Assembly (NCBI GenBank): GCA_037045245.1
Contig: JBAOHR010000009.1
Span: 75,241-139,240, forward strand
From: Gemmatimonadales bacterium
Lineage (GTDB): Bacteria; Gemmatimonadota; Gemmatimonadetes; Gemmatimonadales; GWC2-71-9
Length of the DNA: 64,000 bases
Reading direction: 5' to 3'
The translations under genes and the position numbers were made by a program. Below the pieces are notes generated by a model. That model was not told the origin of the DNA, did no database searches, and saw nothing but the letters and a program-made list of their open reading frames with translations. Shown in pieces: positions 35,879-45,132 of the stretch (the stretch's first letter is position 1; every line of letters begins with the position of its first letter).

Positions 35879-37141
35879 GTGCCCCTGCTCCTTCTCCAAC
35901 GTGATCATCGCCAACCGCGGGCTCACCATCGGATACGTCTTCGCGAACCAGCCGTAGCAGAGGAAGAAGAGGCCGAGGAAGAGGAGGATCGGGCCGACCT
36001 CGGGGAGGCCGAAGACCGGGCCAGACTCGAGGGTGACCGACGGCATCACCATCAGGTAGCGCTCGAGCCAGAGGGCGCAGAGCGAGATCGTGGCGAAGAG
36101 GCCCATCGTGAGCGGCATCTTCTTGGGGCCGACGCCGAGGAGACCGGTGAACGGAATCACGAACATCCCGAGGAAGACCGCGGTGCCGACCGGGCGCCAA
36201 GGGCCCCAGAGGCGGGCAAAGACGAAGCCGGTCTCTTCCGGGAGGTTGCCGTACCAGATCACCAGGAACTGGGCCCACATCAGGTAGGTCCAGAAGACGG
36301 TGAAGCCGAAGCAGAGCTTGCCGAGGTCGTGGCGCTGCTTGGCCGAGATGAACTCGTCGAGGCCGACGGCCTTGCGCGAGTGCAGCATGAGGAGCGCCAG
36401 CAGCATGTGGCCGCCGAGGAACGACCCCATGAAGTACCAGCCGCCGAGCAGGTTTGAGAACCAGTGCGGCTGGAGCGCCATGATCGCGTCGAAGGCGACC
36501 ATCGTGAAGACCATCGCGTAGGTCGCGGCGTAGATCGGCGCCAGCTTGTAGGTGCTGGTGTGGTTCGCCGCCTCGTCGTAGCCCTGCAGCATCGCGTCAT
36601 ACTTGGCCTGGCGCGCCCCGGCCTTCCCCTTCATCAGCGCCAGGTCGGCGAGGATGTCGGTGCGGATCAGCCGGATGCCGATCCAGTAGAGCAGCGCGAG
36701 CCCGCCGACGAGGCGGACGGCCATCCACGGCCGCGACAGCCAGAGCGCCTTCCCGTGCGACAGCCCGCCGAGTTCCTCGGCCATGTGGCCGTAGATGTCG
36801 TGGTAGCCCAGCGTCAGCACCAGCACCGCACCGATCAGCGAGACCGGGATCATCGCCGACATCGCCTGCGAGAGGCGGATGATCACGCCCGACCACTTGG
36901 CGTTGGCGATCTTGTGGACCGCGGTGATGGCGATCGAGCCGCCCGTCAGGCCGGTCCAGAAGACCCAGTTCACGTGGAACGTCTGCCACGCGCGGTGCGA
37001 CCCCTCGCCCAGCAACGCCATCACGAAGAGCGCGAGCCCGACGACGGCCAACCCGGCGCCGATTATCGTGAAGTTCTTGTAGTCGGCGGTCAGGCTCTTC
37101 TCGACCAGGCGGTCGCGGATCGCCATCAGATCGGCGGCCAT
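35876..37141 (-). CDS. actF: Alternative complex III subunit ActF (NrfD-like polytopic membrane protein)
   Basis: C-terminal 421 aa of ORF 35876..37702 from ATG 37141 (MAADLMAIRDRLVEKSLTADYKNFTIIGAGLAVVGLALF...). It has about 10 TM helices and is the last gene of the act operon. Confidence 0.75.
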   Translation of the reverse strand: MAADLMAIRDRLVEKSLTADYKNFTIIGAGLAVVGLALFVMALLGEGSHRAWQTFHVNWVFWTGLTGGSIAITAVHKIANAKWSGVIIRLSQAMSAMIPVSLIGAVLVLTLGYHDIYGHMAEELGGLSHGKALWLSRPWMAVRLVGGLALLYWIGIRLIRTDILADLALMKGKAGARQAKYDAMLQGYDEAANHTSTYKLAPIYAATYAMVFTMVAFDAIMALQPHWFSNLLGGWYFMGSFLGGHMLLALLMLHSRKAVGLDEFISAKQRHDLGKLCFGFTVFWTYLMWAQFLVIWYGNLPEETGFVFARLWGPWRPVGTAVFLGMFVIPFTGLLGVGPKKMPLTMGLFATISLCALWLERYLMVMPSVTLESGPVFGLPEVGPILLFLGLFFLCYGWFAKTYPMVSPRLAMITLEKEQGH

Positions 37142-37746
37142 TACTTGGTCCCTCCGGCAGGAGCCGCCGGCAGCGGCGAGGCCGCCTGCAGCGAACGAAC
37201 GTAGTCGACCACCGCCCAGCGCTCGTCGCGGCGGACGATCTTGTCGCCATACTGCGGCATGCCCGCCCGGCCATACCGGATGATGCTGTACAGGTAGCCG
37301 TCGGACCAGTTGCGCGCGACCGGCGTCAGCAGCGAGAACGCCGCCACATACGGGCCGACCGGGCCGTCCCCGACGCCCGTCGGGCCGTGACAGGTCTGGC
37401 AGTAGATCTCGTAGAGTTCCTTGCCGCTCCGCGCGCCCGGGAGCGGCGGCGTGGTCGGCCGGACCTGACGATTGGCGACGACGGTGTCGAAGCCATAGGT
37501 CGGGAACGTGGGCGACGAGGGATCGCCGACGCGATAGTCGCGTTCGCCGCCGCCGACCGGGACGATCCCCGCGGGGACGTTCCGCGGGATGTCGCTCCGC
37601 TGATACGGATGGACGCCCTTCGAGAGGATCATGTGGTCGAACCAGGGCACCTTGTGCATCAGCTGGTCCGGCGACGGCACCTCGTTGTACCACCAGTTGC
37701 ACCCACCGGCCCCGAGGAGGACGGCGGCGAGGAGGACCTTACGCAT
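37141..37746 (-). CDS. actE: Alternative complex III subunit ActE (monohaem cytochrome c lipoprotein)
   Basis: ORF 37141..37770, with the start at ATG 37746 (MRKVLLAAVLLGAGGCN lipobox). It has a single CQTCH haem-binding motif followed by ...YGRAGMPQYGD (Met ligand). Confidence 0.8.
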   Translation of the reverse strand: MRKVLLAAVLLGAGGCNWWYNEVPSPDQLMHKVPWFDHMILSKGVHPYQRSDIPRNVPAGIVPVGGGERDYRVGDPSSPTFPTYGFDTVVANRQVRPTTPPLPGARSGKELYEIYCQTCHGPTGVGDGPVGPYVAAFSLLTPVARNWSDGYLYSIIRYGRAGMPQYGDKIVRRDERWAVVDYVRSLQAASPLPAAPAGGTK

Positions 37747-38248
37747 CACGGGTGACCTCCACGGAGCCATGCCCCGTCAGGAGCTGCTCGACCGCCGCGG
37801 CCTGGTCGGCTCGGCACGGAACGAAGACGCCGATGTGGTCGTCGCTGAACTTCGGGTGGTACGGCCGGCCCTTGAGCGACTTCATCGCGGAGAGGATGAT
37901 CACGCCGAGGACGGTGGCGAGCGAGCCGAAGAGAATCGTCAGCTCGAAGCCGATGACGACGAACGACGGGATCGCGGTGATCGGCTTGCCGCCGACCAGG
38001 AGCGGCCAGTCGCTCGACATCCAGATCGCGAGCGAGAAGCCCGCGGCGCAGCCGGTGAGGCCGGCGACGAGCGTCCAGAGGCGGACCGGCGAGATCGGGT
38101 CGCCGATGGCGGCCTCGAGCTCGTGGTTGTGCGCGGCACAGTAGACCGTCAGATCCTTGTGGCCGGTCTTCTTCAGCTCGCGGATCGCGTCCGCGGCGGC
38201 GTCGACGTGGGCGAAGTGGGCCAGCACGCCCGGCACGGAGGCGGCCAT
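37739..38248 (-). CDS. actD: Alternative complex III subunit ActD (DUF3341-type membrane protein)
   Basis: Starts at ATG 38248, overlapping the actC stop (ATGA): MAASVPGVLAHFAHVDAAADAIRELKKTGHKDLTVYCAAHNHELEAA... It has two TM helices, and its position between actC and actE fits ActD. Confidence 0.75.
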   Translation of the reverse strand: MAASVPGVLAHFAHVDAAADAIRELKKTGHKDLTVYCAAHNHELEAAIGDPISPVRLWTLVAGLTGCAAGFSLAIWMSSDWPLLVGGKPITAIPSFVVIGFELTILFGSLATVLGVIILSAMKSLKGRPYHPKFSDDHIGVFVPCRADQAAAVEQLLTGHGSVEVTRDA

Positions 38249-39612
38249 CAGTGCGCCCCCCCATGGCTGGACGCCTTCCGGCGGGGCATCGGGATCATTT
38301 CCTTGATCTCCTGGATCGCCACGATGGGGAAGTTCTTGTAGAACAGCGTGAACCAGAGCCCGAACCAGCCGAACGACCCGAGGAGCACGAGCCAGTCCGC
38401 CCACGTCGGGTTGATCTGGCCCCAGGCGTACGGCACGTAGTCATTCGCCAGCGACGAGGTGACGATCACGTAGCGCTCGAACCACATCCCGAGGTTGATG
38501 AAGATCGAGATGATGAAGAGCGACGTCAGGTTGGTCCGGATCTTCTTGAACCAGAGCAGCTGCGACACGAAGGCGTTGCAGATGATCATCGCCCAGCCCG
38601 CCCACCACGCCGGCCCGAAGGCACGACGCCAGAAGGTGGTCTGCTCGAAGGTGCTGCCCGAGTACCAGGCGACGAAGTACTCCATCCCGTAGGCGTAGAA
38701 GAGGATGGTGCCGGTGAACAGCGTCAGCTTCGAGAGGTTGTCGAAGTGGTAGTCGGTGATCATGTGCTCGACCTTGAGCACCTTCCGCAGCGGGATCATC
38801 AGCGTCAGCACCATGCCGATGCCGGAATAGATCGCGCCGGCGACGAAGTACGGGGCGAAGATCGTCCCGTGCCAGCCCGGCACGATCGAGACGGCGAAGT
38901 CCCACGAAACGACCGAGTGCACCGAGAGCACCAGCGGCGTCGCGAGGGCGGCGAGGTAGAGGTAGGCGCGGCTGTAGTGGCGCCACTGCGAGTCCGCGCC
39001 GGTCCAGCCGAGCGAGAGCGCACCGTAGAGCTTCTTGCGCCACCCGCTGACGTGGTCGCGAACCGCCGCGATGTCCGGCACGAGGCCGACCATGAGGAAG
39101 GTCGACGACACCGTGAGGTAGGTCGAGATCGCGAAGACGTCCCAGAGCAGCGGCGACTTGAAGTTCGGCCAGAGGTAGCGCGCGTTCGGGTACGGAATCA
39201 GCCAGTAGAAGATCCACTGCCGGCCGATGTGGATGATCGGGAAGAGCGCGGCGGTCATGACGGCGAACACCGTCATCGCTTCGGTCGCCCGGTAGACCGC
39301 CGTGCGCCACGGCGACCGGAAGAGGAAGAGGATCGCCGAGATCAGCGTGCCGGCGTGGCCGATGCCGACCCAGAAGACGAACGTCGTGATGTACACCGAC
39401 CACATGATCGGCGGGGCGTAGCCGGCGAGGCCGAGGCCCTCCTTCAGCAGCAGCGTCACCGTGCCGAGCAGCACCGCGGTGAGGAACGCCATGGTGCCGA
39501 GGAGGATGTAGTACCCCTTCGTCGGCTTCGACGTGATGGTCGCCAGGACGTCACGGGTGACTTCACCGTGCGTCTGGGTCGGCAGGGACGGATCGTGCGC
39601 GATCACGGCCAT
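38248..39612 (-). CDS. actC: Alternative complex III subunit ActC (NrfD/PsrC-like quinol-interacting membrane subunit)
   Basis: Intact 454-aa ORF with about 10 TM helices and NrfD-type composition (...WSVYITTFVFWVGIGHAGTLISAILFL...). Confidence 0.8.
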   Translation of the reverse strand: MAVIAHDPSLPTQTHGEVTRDVLATITSKPTKGYYILLGTMAFLTAVLLGTVTLLLKEGLGLAGYAPPIMWSVYITTFVFWVGIGHAGTLISAILFLFRSPWRTAVYRATEAMTVFAVMTAALFPIIHIGRQWIFYWLIPYPNARYLWPNFKSPLLWDVFAISTYLTVSSTFLMVGLVPDIAAVRDHVSGWRKKLYGALSLGWTGADSQWRHYSRAYLYLAALATPLVLSVHSVVSWDFAVSIVPGWHGTIFAPYFVAGAIYSGIGMVLTLMIPLRKVLKVEHMITDYHFDNLSKLTLFTGTILFYAYGMEYFVAWYSGSTFEQTTFWRRAFGPAWWAGWAMIICNAFVSQLLWFKKIRTNLTSLFIISIFINLGMWFERYVIVTSSLANDYVPYAWGQINPTWADWLVLLGSFGWFGLWFTLFYKNFPIVAIQEIKEMIPMPRRKASSHGGAH

Positions 39613-39613
39613 C

Positions 39614-42600
39614 TCAGTGGCCCTCCCCGGCGGCGGCCGGTGCGTGAGTCACGGGCTCCGCATGCAGCACCTTGGCCAGGTACGTCACCGCAGGCCGCAC
39701 ATTGGTTTCCTCGAGCATGGTGTAGCCGCGCGGGTCGCGCTTCGCCTTGACCACCGCGGCCTCCGGGTCCTTCACGTTGCCGAAGGTCAGGGCGCCGGAC
39801 GGGCAGCCCTGCACGCAGGCCGGCTTGATCTCGCCGTCGCGCACCGTGCGATCCTCGAGCCGCGCGACGTTCTGCTTCTCGCGGATGCGCTGCACGCAGA
39901 AGGTGCACTTCTCCATCACGCCGCGGGCACGCGTCGTCACCTCGGGATTGAGCTGGAGGTTGAGCGGCGCCGGCCAGGCGGTCTCGTTGTACTTGAGCCA
40001 GTTGAAGTAGCGGACCTTGAACGGGCAGTTGTTGCTGCAGTAGCGCGTCCCGACGCAGCGGTTGTAGACCTGGCCGTTGAGGCCGTCCGGCGTGTGGTAC
40101 GCGGCGTAGACCGGGCAGACCGGCTCGCAGGGCGCGTTGTCGCAGTGCTGGCACATCACCGGCGCGAAGCGCGCCTCGAGCTTCTCGCCGTCGGTGCCGC
40201 CCTCCCAGTACCGCTCGATGCGCATCCAGCTCATCTCGCGACCCTTGAAGATCTGCTCCTCGCCGACCGTCGGGATGTTGTTTTCGGCATAGCACGCCGT
40301 GACGCACGCCGAACAGCCGGTGCAGCGCGACAGGTCGACCGCCATGCCCCACTTCGGGGTGGCGTCGTCGGCGTAGTTGCCCAGCTTCCAGCGCTCCTTC
40401 TGCGCGTCGTACCAGCCGTCGATCGCCTCGACTTCCTTCGGCGTGTTGATCTCGTGCTCGGCATGCCCCGCGGCGCTGTACGCCTCCTTCGGCGTCATCC
40501 CCTTGGCGGCATACGCGAGCGGCATCGCCTCGATGATGCCGCGGCCCAGCTGGCGCGGGGTGCCTTCCGTCTTCGAGACCTTCCGGAAGTCGCCGGTGGT
40601 CTTCACCGAGACCTTGGTGGCGACGTACGGCAGGAAGCCCTGGCCATCCGCGGCGCCGAGCAGGTCGAGCGGGTTGGTCCCGCGACCCTTGGCGTAGCGG
40701 CCGTACTCGGTGTGCCCGAGGCCAAGCGGCATCGCGAGCACGTTCGGGTGGACACCCGGGAAGACGTAGACCTGCGCGCGCACGCTGCCGTGCGGCGAGG
40801 TGAGCTCGAGATATTCGCCCTCGCGGACGTCGATCGCCTTGGCGGTGTCGGGGTGCACCTCGACCCAGCTCTGCCAGGTGATCTTGGTCATCGGGTCGGG
40901 GTTCTCGAGCAGCCACGGCTTGTTCGCGCCGCGGCCGTCGTAGTACATCGACGAGGCATACGGCAGCAGCGTGTAGGCGCCGTCGCCGTCGAAGGACGGG
41001 GCCTTCCAGCTCGGCGCGCCGGCCGTCGAGGTCGGCTGGGCCGACGCCGTGGCCGCGGCGTAGACGCCGCCATTGCCGAGCGCGGTGCGCCACGCCTCGT
41101 CGGCATCGCCGACGAGCTTCGGCGCCCACGCGGCCTTCAGGTAGGCCTCGAAGTTCGCGGCGGTGAAGGTCGCCAGCGGTCCGCCGGCCTTCTTCGCGAC
41201 GGCGAGGAGGACGTCGCCGGTGTGCTTCGCGGCGAACACCGGCTCGGTCACGGGCTGCAGCAGCCCGGTGACGCCGGCGCGCGGCTGGAGGTCGTCCCAG
41301 CGCTCGAGGGCATGCAGGTTCGGGATGATCAGGTCGCAGGCCGCGGCGGTCTCGTCGAGCACCTGCGCCGTCGAGACCTTGAAGCCGGCCTTGGCGAAGC
41401 GCTCGGTGAACTTGCCGCTCTTCGGCAGCGCGTACAGCGGGTTCGCCTCGTGCACGAGGAGCACCCCGACCTGGCCCTTGTCGATCGCGTCGAAGAGCCC
41501 GGTGATGCCGGCGTAGCCGTCGTTCGTCGCCGGCTCGGCGCCGAAGACGACCGTCTTGCCGAGGTTGCCTGCGACGAGGTTCAGCGTGTTGACGGCGGCG
41601 CAGAGGTCGATCGCCCCGCGGTGCTGCGCGGCAATGCCGCCGGCGACCGCGAGCGACGGCTGGGCGGCTGCGAATGCCTCGGCGATCGCGGTGAGCTGCG
41701 CCTCGGCGACCCCGGTTTCCTTGGCGACCATCGCCGGCGTGTAGGCCGAGAGCGAGCCGGCGAGCGGATGGCCGCGCTTGGCGGCAACCAGCTGCGCGAT
41801 GCCGAGGGCGACCAGCGTCTCCTGGCCCGGCGCGACCTGGACGTACTCATCGGCGTTCGCGCCGGTCAGCGACATCCGTGGCCCGACGAAGACATGCTTC
41901 GCCATCGTGCCGTCGTGCAGGCCGTGCGACGTCGCGAAGCCGCGCTGCTGCTCGACCACCGGGCCCCACGTCTCGAGGAAGTCGGCGCCGAACGAGAGGA
42001 TGTGCTTGGCGGCGCCGAACTCGTAGCTCGGCAGATCGGTGCGGCCGAAGCTCCGCTCGTTGGCCTTCCGCTCGGCCTCGCGGGCGAACGGCTCCCACTG
42101 CACCATCTGGCCGCCGATCGCAGCAACCCAGTCGCGGACGAGGCCGGTGAACGTCGACGGACCATACCCGTTGAGGACGGCGACCTTCCCCGGCGCGGCA
42201 GCCACCTTGGCCGCGAGGCGGGCGATCGCGTCGTCCCAGGTGATCTCGTCGAAGCCGCCGGCCGCGTTGCGCGCCATCGGGGCGCCGAGCCGGTCCGGAT
42301 TGTAGAGCGCCTGGAGCCCGGCCTGGCCGCGGCTGCAGAGCGTCCCGGCGTTGACCGGGTGGTCGGGATTGCCTTCGAGCTTGATCGGGCGGGCCTCGCG
42401 CGTCTTCACGTGCAGGCCGCAGCCGGTGGCGCACTCGGTGCAGGTGCTGGCGTACCACGTCGCCACGCCGGGCACTTCCTGCTCCGACTGCACGAGGTAC
42501 GGCACCAGCTTGGCGACCCGGTCGGTCGAGCAACCGGAGAGGACTGCCGTCCCCGCGCCGGTCACGCCAAGCACCTTGAGGAACTGTCGCCGGTCGACCC

Positions 42601-42658
42601 CGGTGGTCCCCTGTTCGTCGGCCATCGCCGCTCCCTGGTCAGGCAGTCGCGTCGTCAT
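39614..42658 (-). CDS. actB: Alternative complex III subunit ActB (fused molybdopterin-oxidoreductase-like + 4Fe-4S ferredoxin domains, Tat-exported)
   Basis: Intact 1014-aa ORF. The twin-arginine signal is GVDRRQFLKVLGVTGAGTAVLSGC. The MopB-like N-terminal part contains CTECATGCGLHV. The C-terminal part has four ferredoxin Cys clusters (CTGCSACVTAC, CQHCDNAPCEPVC, CVGTRYCSNNC, CTFCVQR...CVQGCP). Confidence 0.88.
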   Translation of the reverse strand: MTTRLPDQGAAMADEQGTTGVDRRQFLKVLGVTGAGTAVLSGCSTDRVAKLVPYLVQSEQEVPGVATWYASTCTECATGCGLHVKTREARPIKLEGNPDHPVNAGTLCSRGQAGLQALYNPDRLGAPMARNAAGGFDEITWDDAIARLAAKVAAAPGKVAVLNGYGPSTFTGLVRDWVAAIGGQMVQWEPFAREAERKANERSFGRTDLPSYEFGAAKHILSFGADFLETWGPVVEQQRGFATSHGLHDGTMAKHVFVGPRMSLTGANADEYVQVAPGQETLVALGIAQLVAAKRGHPLAGSLSAYTPAMVAKETGVAEAQLTAIAEAFAAAQPSLAVAGGIAAQHRGAIDLCAAVNTLNLVAGNLGKTVVFGAEPATNDGYAGITGLFDAIDKGQVGVLLVHEANPLYALPKSGKFTERFAKAGFKVSTAQVLDETAAACDLIIPNLHALERWDDLQPRAGVTGLLQPVTEPVFAAKHTGDVLLAVAKKAGGPLATFTAANFEAYLKAAWAPKLVGDADEAWRTALGNGGVYAAATASAQPTSTAGAPSWKAPSFDGDGAYTLLPYASSMYYDGRGANKPWLLENPDPMTKITWQSWVEVHPDTAKAIDVREGEYLELTSPHGSVRAQVYVFPGVHPNVLAMPLGLGHTEYGRYAKGRGTNPLDLLGAADGQGFLPYVATKVSVKTTGDFRKVSKTEGTPRQLGRGIIEAMPLAYAAKGMTPKEAYSAAGHAEHEINTPKEVEAIDGWYDAQKERWKLGNYADDATPKWGMAVDLSRCTGCSACVTACYAENNIPTVGEEQIFKGREMSWMRIERYWEGGTDGEKLEARFAPVMCQHCDNAPCEPVCPVYAAYHTPDGLNGQVYNRCVGTRYCSNNCPFKVRYFNWLKYNETAWPAPLNLQLNPEVTTRARGVMEKCTFCVQRIREKQNVARLEDRTVRDGEIKPACVQGCPSGALTFGNVKDPEAAVVKAKRDPRGYTMLEETNVRPAVTYLAKVLHAEPVTHAPAAAGEGH

Positions 42659-42659
42659 A

Positions 42660-43235
42660 TCAGTAGTGGCACACGGTGCAATCGCGCGAAACCTTCCGCT
42701 CGATGTGACAGCTGATGCAGAAGCCCATGTTGTTCACGTTGTTCACCTTGTAGACCTGCGGCATGCGCGCGACGTTGCCGTGGCAGGTGGCGCAGGCGTT
42801 CGCCCCGAGCGCCTTGATGTGGCGCTGGTGCGGGAAGTGGACGTGGCGGGCGAGCTCGTGCACGCGCGTCCACTCCACCGGGAGCTTCTTGCTCCAGGCG
42901 TCCTTGAGCTTCTTGATCTCGACCTGGTTTTCCTTGGTCTTGCCGTTCACGGCGATGTGGCAGCCCATGCAGGTCTGCATGCTCGGGATGCCCGGCTCCG
43001 ACGAGACGCCCACCGAGTAGTGGCAGTACTGGCACTGCATCTTCAGCATGCCGGCATGCACGTCGTGTCGGAAGAGGATCGGCTGCTTCGGACCCTTGAG
43101 CCCCGCCGAGTCGGAGGCCGTGAGGGCCGCGACGGTGGGAAGGGTCGCCTTCTGCGCGCTGACGGGCGAGACGAGCGCCAAGGCGCCCACCGCCGCCATC
43201 GCCGCACCGAGTCCAAGGAAGAACCGCTTGTGCAT
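42660..43235 (-). CDS. actA: Alternative complex III subunit ActA (pentahaem cytochrome c)
   Basis: ORF 42660..43364, with the start at ATG 43235 (MHKRFFLGLGAAMAAVGALALV). It has five CxxCH motifs: CQYCH, CMGCH, CATCH, CISCH and CTVCH. Confidence 0.85.
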   Translation of the reverse strand: MHKRFFLGLGAAMAAVGALALVSPVSAQKATLPTVAALTASDSAGLKGPKQPILFRHDVHAGMLKMQCQYCHYSVGVSSEPGIPSMQTCMGCHIAVNGKTKENQVEIKKLKDAWSKKLPVEWTRVHELARHVHFPHQRHIKALGANACATCHGNVARMPQVYKVNNVNNMGFCISCHIERKVSRDCTVCHY

Positions 43236-43265
43236 AGTCGCTGACCGCCGAAGAGGATCCGACTT

Positions 43266-43281
43266 TGTGAAAGATTTCACG
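43266..43281. promoter_or_regulatory. CRP/FNR-family-type palindrome upstream of actA
   Basis: TGTGA AAGATT TCACG matches the TGTGA-N6-TCACA consensus at 9 of 10 positions. It is centred 38-39 nt upstream of the actA ATG, and no Shine-Dalgarno motif lies in between. Confidence 0.45.
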
Positions 43282-43299
43282 ATCGAGGTCCTGCAATAG

Positions 43300-43324
43300 G
43301 AAGGGGTCGAACGACGACCCCTTC
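43300..43324 (-). terminator. Hairpin downstream of the trmJ-like gene / upstream of the act operon
   Basis: GAAGGGGTCG aacga CGACCCCTTC: a 10-bp perfect stem with a 5-nt loop, 41 nt after the stop at 43365. The U tract is weak (CUAUU on the minus strand). Confidence 0.55.
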
Positions 43325-43364
43325 TGCCGGGCGCAAAGTTAGCGGAGGACCCCCCTCCGTTCAA

Positions 43365-44207
43365 CTACGGTCGGTCCGGCGATGGAGCGGGGTCGAGGGC
43401 GGTACCCGGCGCCTCCGCCGGGGTTCCGGGAGGAGCGTCGCGTTCCCGGGGCGGCAGGAGCCCGGCCCGGCGCATGTAGTGGCCGACCTCGAGGCCGATG
43501 GCCCGGAAGAGGGTGGCCTCCCGGCCGTCGGGATCGGCCCGGTAGATCAGTTCCCGGAAGCCGCGCATGACCAGCTCCGGATCGCGCTTCTTGAAGAACT
43601 GGATCGCGGTCAGGGCCCCCTCCCAGTCGTGGAAGAGCGCCTCCATCTGTTCGTGGGTGGCCGGCCCGGCGGCATGCCGCGGCGCCTTCAGCGGAATCGT
43701 GTCACCTCCGCGCGCCACCCAGAGCTCATGGGCCATCACCGCCCACGCCTGCGCCAGGTTCAGCGACGAGTAGTCGGGGTTGGCCGAGATGGTGACCAGC
43801 TGCGCACAGCGATCGAGCTCCTCGTTCTGGAGGCCGTGCGCCTCGCGCCCGGCGAGGATGCCGACCCGGCCGACCCGCGAGCGCTCCACCAGCTCGGCCG
43901 CGGCTTCGCGCGGGCGGAGGGTGGTGCGCTTGGCGGTGCGCTCGCGCCCGGTCAGGGCCACGACGTGCGTCAGGTCGGCGAACGCCTCGTCGAGCGAATC
44001 GTGGATCGTCATCCGCTCGAGCAAGTCGGCGGTGTTGTGCGCGACCCCTTCGATGCGATAGTGATCGATCGGGCACTCGGGCTGCACCAGCCGCACGTCC
44101 ATCACGCCGAAGTTCTTCGCGATGCGAATGCACGACGCGAGATTCACGAGATCCTGGATCGCGACCAGGATCAAGACTGGCGGTTCGCCCTGCAGCTGGT
44201 CGGTCAT
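43365..44207 (-). CDS. SpoU/TrmH-class RNA 2'-O-methyltransferase (TrmJ-like)
   Basis: Intact 280-aa ORF. The SPOUT motifs are VLILVAIQDLVNLASCIRIAKNFG, VGILAGREAHGLQNEE and LVTISANPDYSSLNLAQAWAVMAHEL. Confidence 0.75.
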   Translation of the reverse strand: MTDQLQGEPPVLILVAIQDLVNLASCIRIAKNFGVMDVRLVQPECPIDHYRIEGVAHNTADLLERMTIHDSLDEAFADLTHVVALTGRERTAKRTTLRPREAAAELVERSRVGRVGILAGREAHGLQNEELDRCAQLVTISANPDYSSLNLAQAWAVMAHELWVARGGDTIPLKAPRHAAGPATHEQMEALFHDWEGALTAIQFFKKRDPELVMRGFRELIYRADPDGREATLFRAIGLEVGHYMRRAGLLPPRERDAPPGTPAEAPGTALDPAPSPDRP

Positions 44208-45097
44208 CCGCGGAGCAGCACGCCCGCCGCCGCTTCGGCCGCGCGGATCGGGTCGAGGTAGTCCGCCTGTTCACCGAGCGAGGCGCGGAGGCCGCGATAC
44301 TCCTCGCGCACCGAGCTGAGCACCGGGGCCGCCACGCCCACCTCGCGCGCCAGCGCCTCGGCGATGCCGATGTCCTTCTCCAGCAGCGCGAGCCGGAAGA
44401 GCTGCGGATAGAGACCGGTGAGCACGCGTTCGGGAATCAGCACTTCGCTGACCAGCGAGCGACCGCTCGAGGCGTTGAGGACGTCGATCGCGGCGCGCGG
44501 ATCGATCCCCGCCTTGGCGAGCGTGACCATCCCCTCGCCCAGCGCGAGAATGTGCACCGCGAGCAGCGCGTTGTTCACGGCCTTCATCGCATGCCCCGCC
44601 CCGACCGGTCCGAGGTGCACGACCTTCCCCGCGAACGGGGCGACGACCTCCTCGGCCCGCGCGACGTCCTCCGCCGTGCCACCGCACATGATCGTCAACG
44701 CCCCCTTGGCGGCGAGCGGCGGGCCGCCACTCACCGGCGCGTCGACGAAGGCGATCCCCCGCTCCGCCAGCCGCGCCGCGATCACCCGCGAGGTGGCCGG
44801 ATCGCCGGAGGTGCAGTCGACCAGGATCGCGCCCTCCGCGAGGCCGGCGAGGAGCCCGTCCGGCCCCTCCAGCAGCGCCGCGACGTCGCCCGAGGTGGGG
44901 AGGCAGGTGATCACCGCCTCCTTCCCCTCCGCGAGCTCGCGCGGGGTTCCCGCCACGGCGGCCCCCGGGTGGTCCGCCGCGAAGGCCCCGGCCTTGGCCG
45001 CCGTCCGGTTCCAGACGACCAGCCCCTCGCGGGCGGCGCAGCGGGCGGCCATCGGGGTGCCGATGGCCCCCAGGCCGGCGAATCCGATCTTCATCAC
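44204..45097 (-). CDS. NAD(P)-dependent oxidoreductase, 3-hydroxyisobutyrate / 6-phosphogluconate dehydrogenase-like family
   Basis: Intact 297-aa ORF. MKIGFAGLGAIGTPMA is the Rossmann motif. It continues ...FVDAPVSGGPPLAAKGALTIMCGG... and ...GAGHAMKAVNNAL..., typical of the HIBADH family. Confidence 0.8.
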   Translation of the reverse strand: MMKIGFAGLGAIGTPMAARCAAREGLVVWNRTAAKAGAFAADHPGAAVAGTPRELAEGKEAVITCLPTSGDVAALLEGPDGLLAGLAEGAILVDCTSGDPATSRVIAARLAERGIAFVDAPVSGGPPLAAKGALTIMCGGTAEDVARAEEVVAPFAGKVVHLGPVGAGHAMKAVNNALLAVHILALGEGMVTLAKAGIDPRAAIDVLNASSGRSLVSEVLIPERVLTGLYPQLFRLALLEKDIGIAEALAREVGVAAPVLSSVREEYRGLRASLGEQADYLDPIRAAEAAAGVLLRG

Positions 45098-45132
45098 GAC
45101 TCCAGTGGTGCGGGACCGCTAGAATCTAGGGG

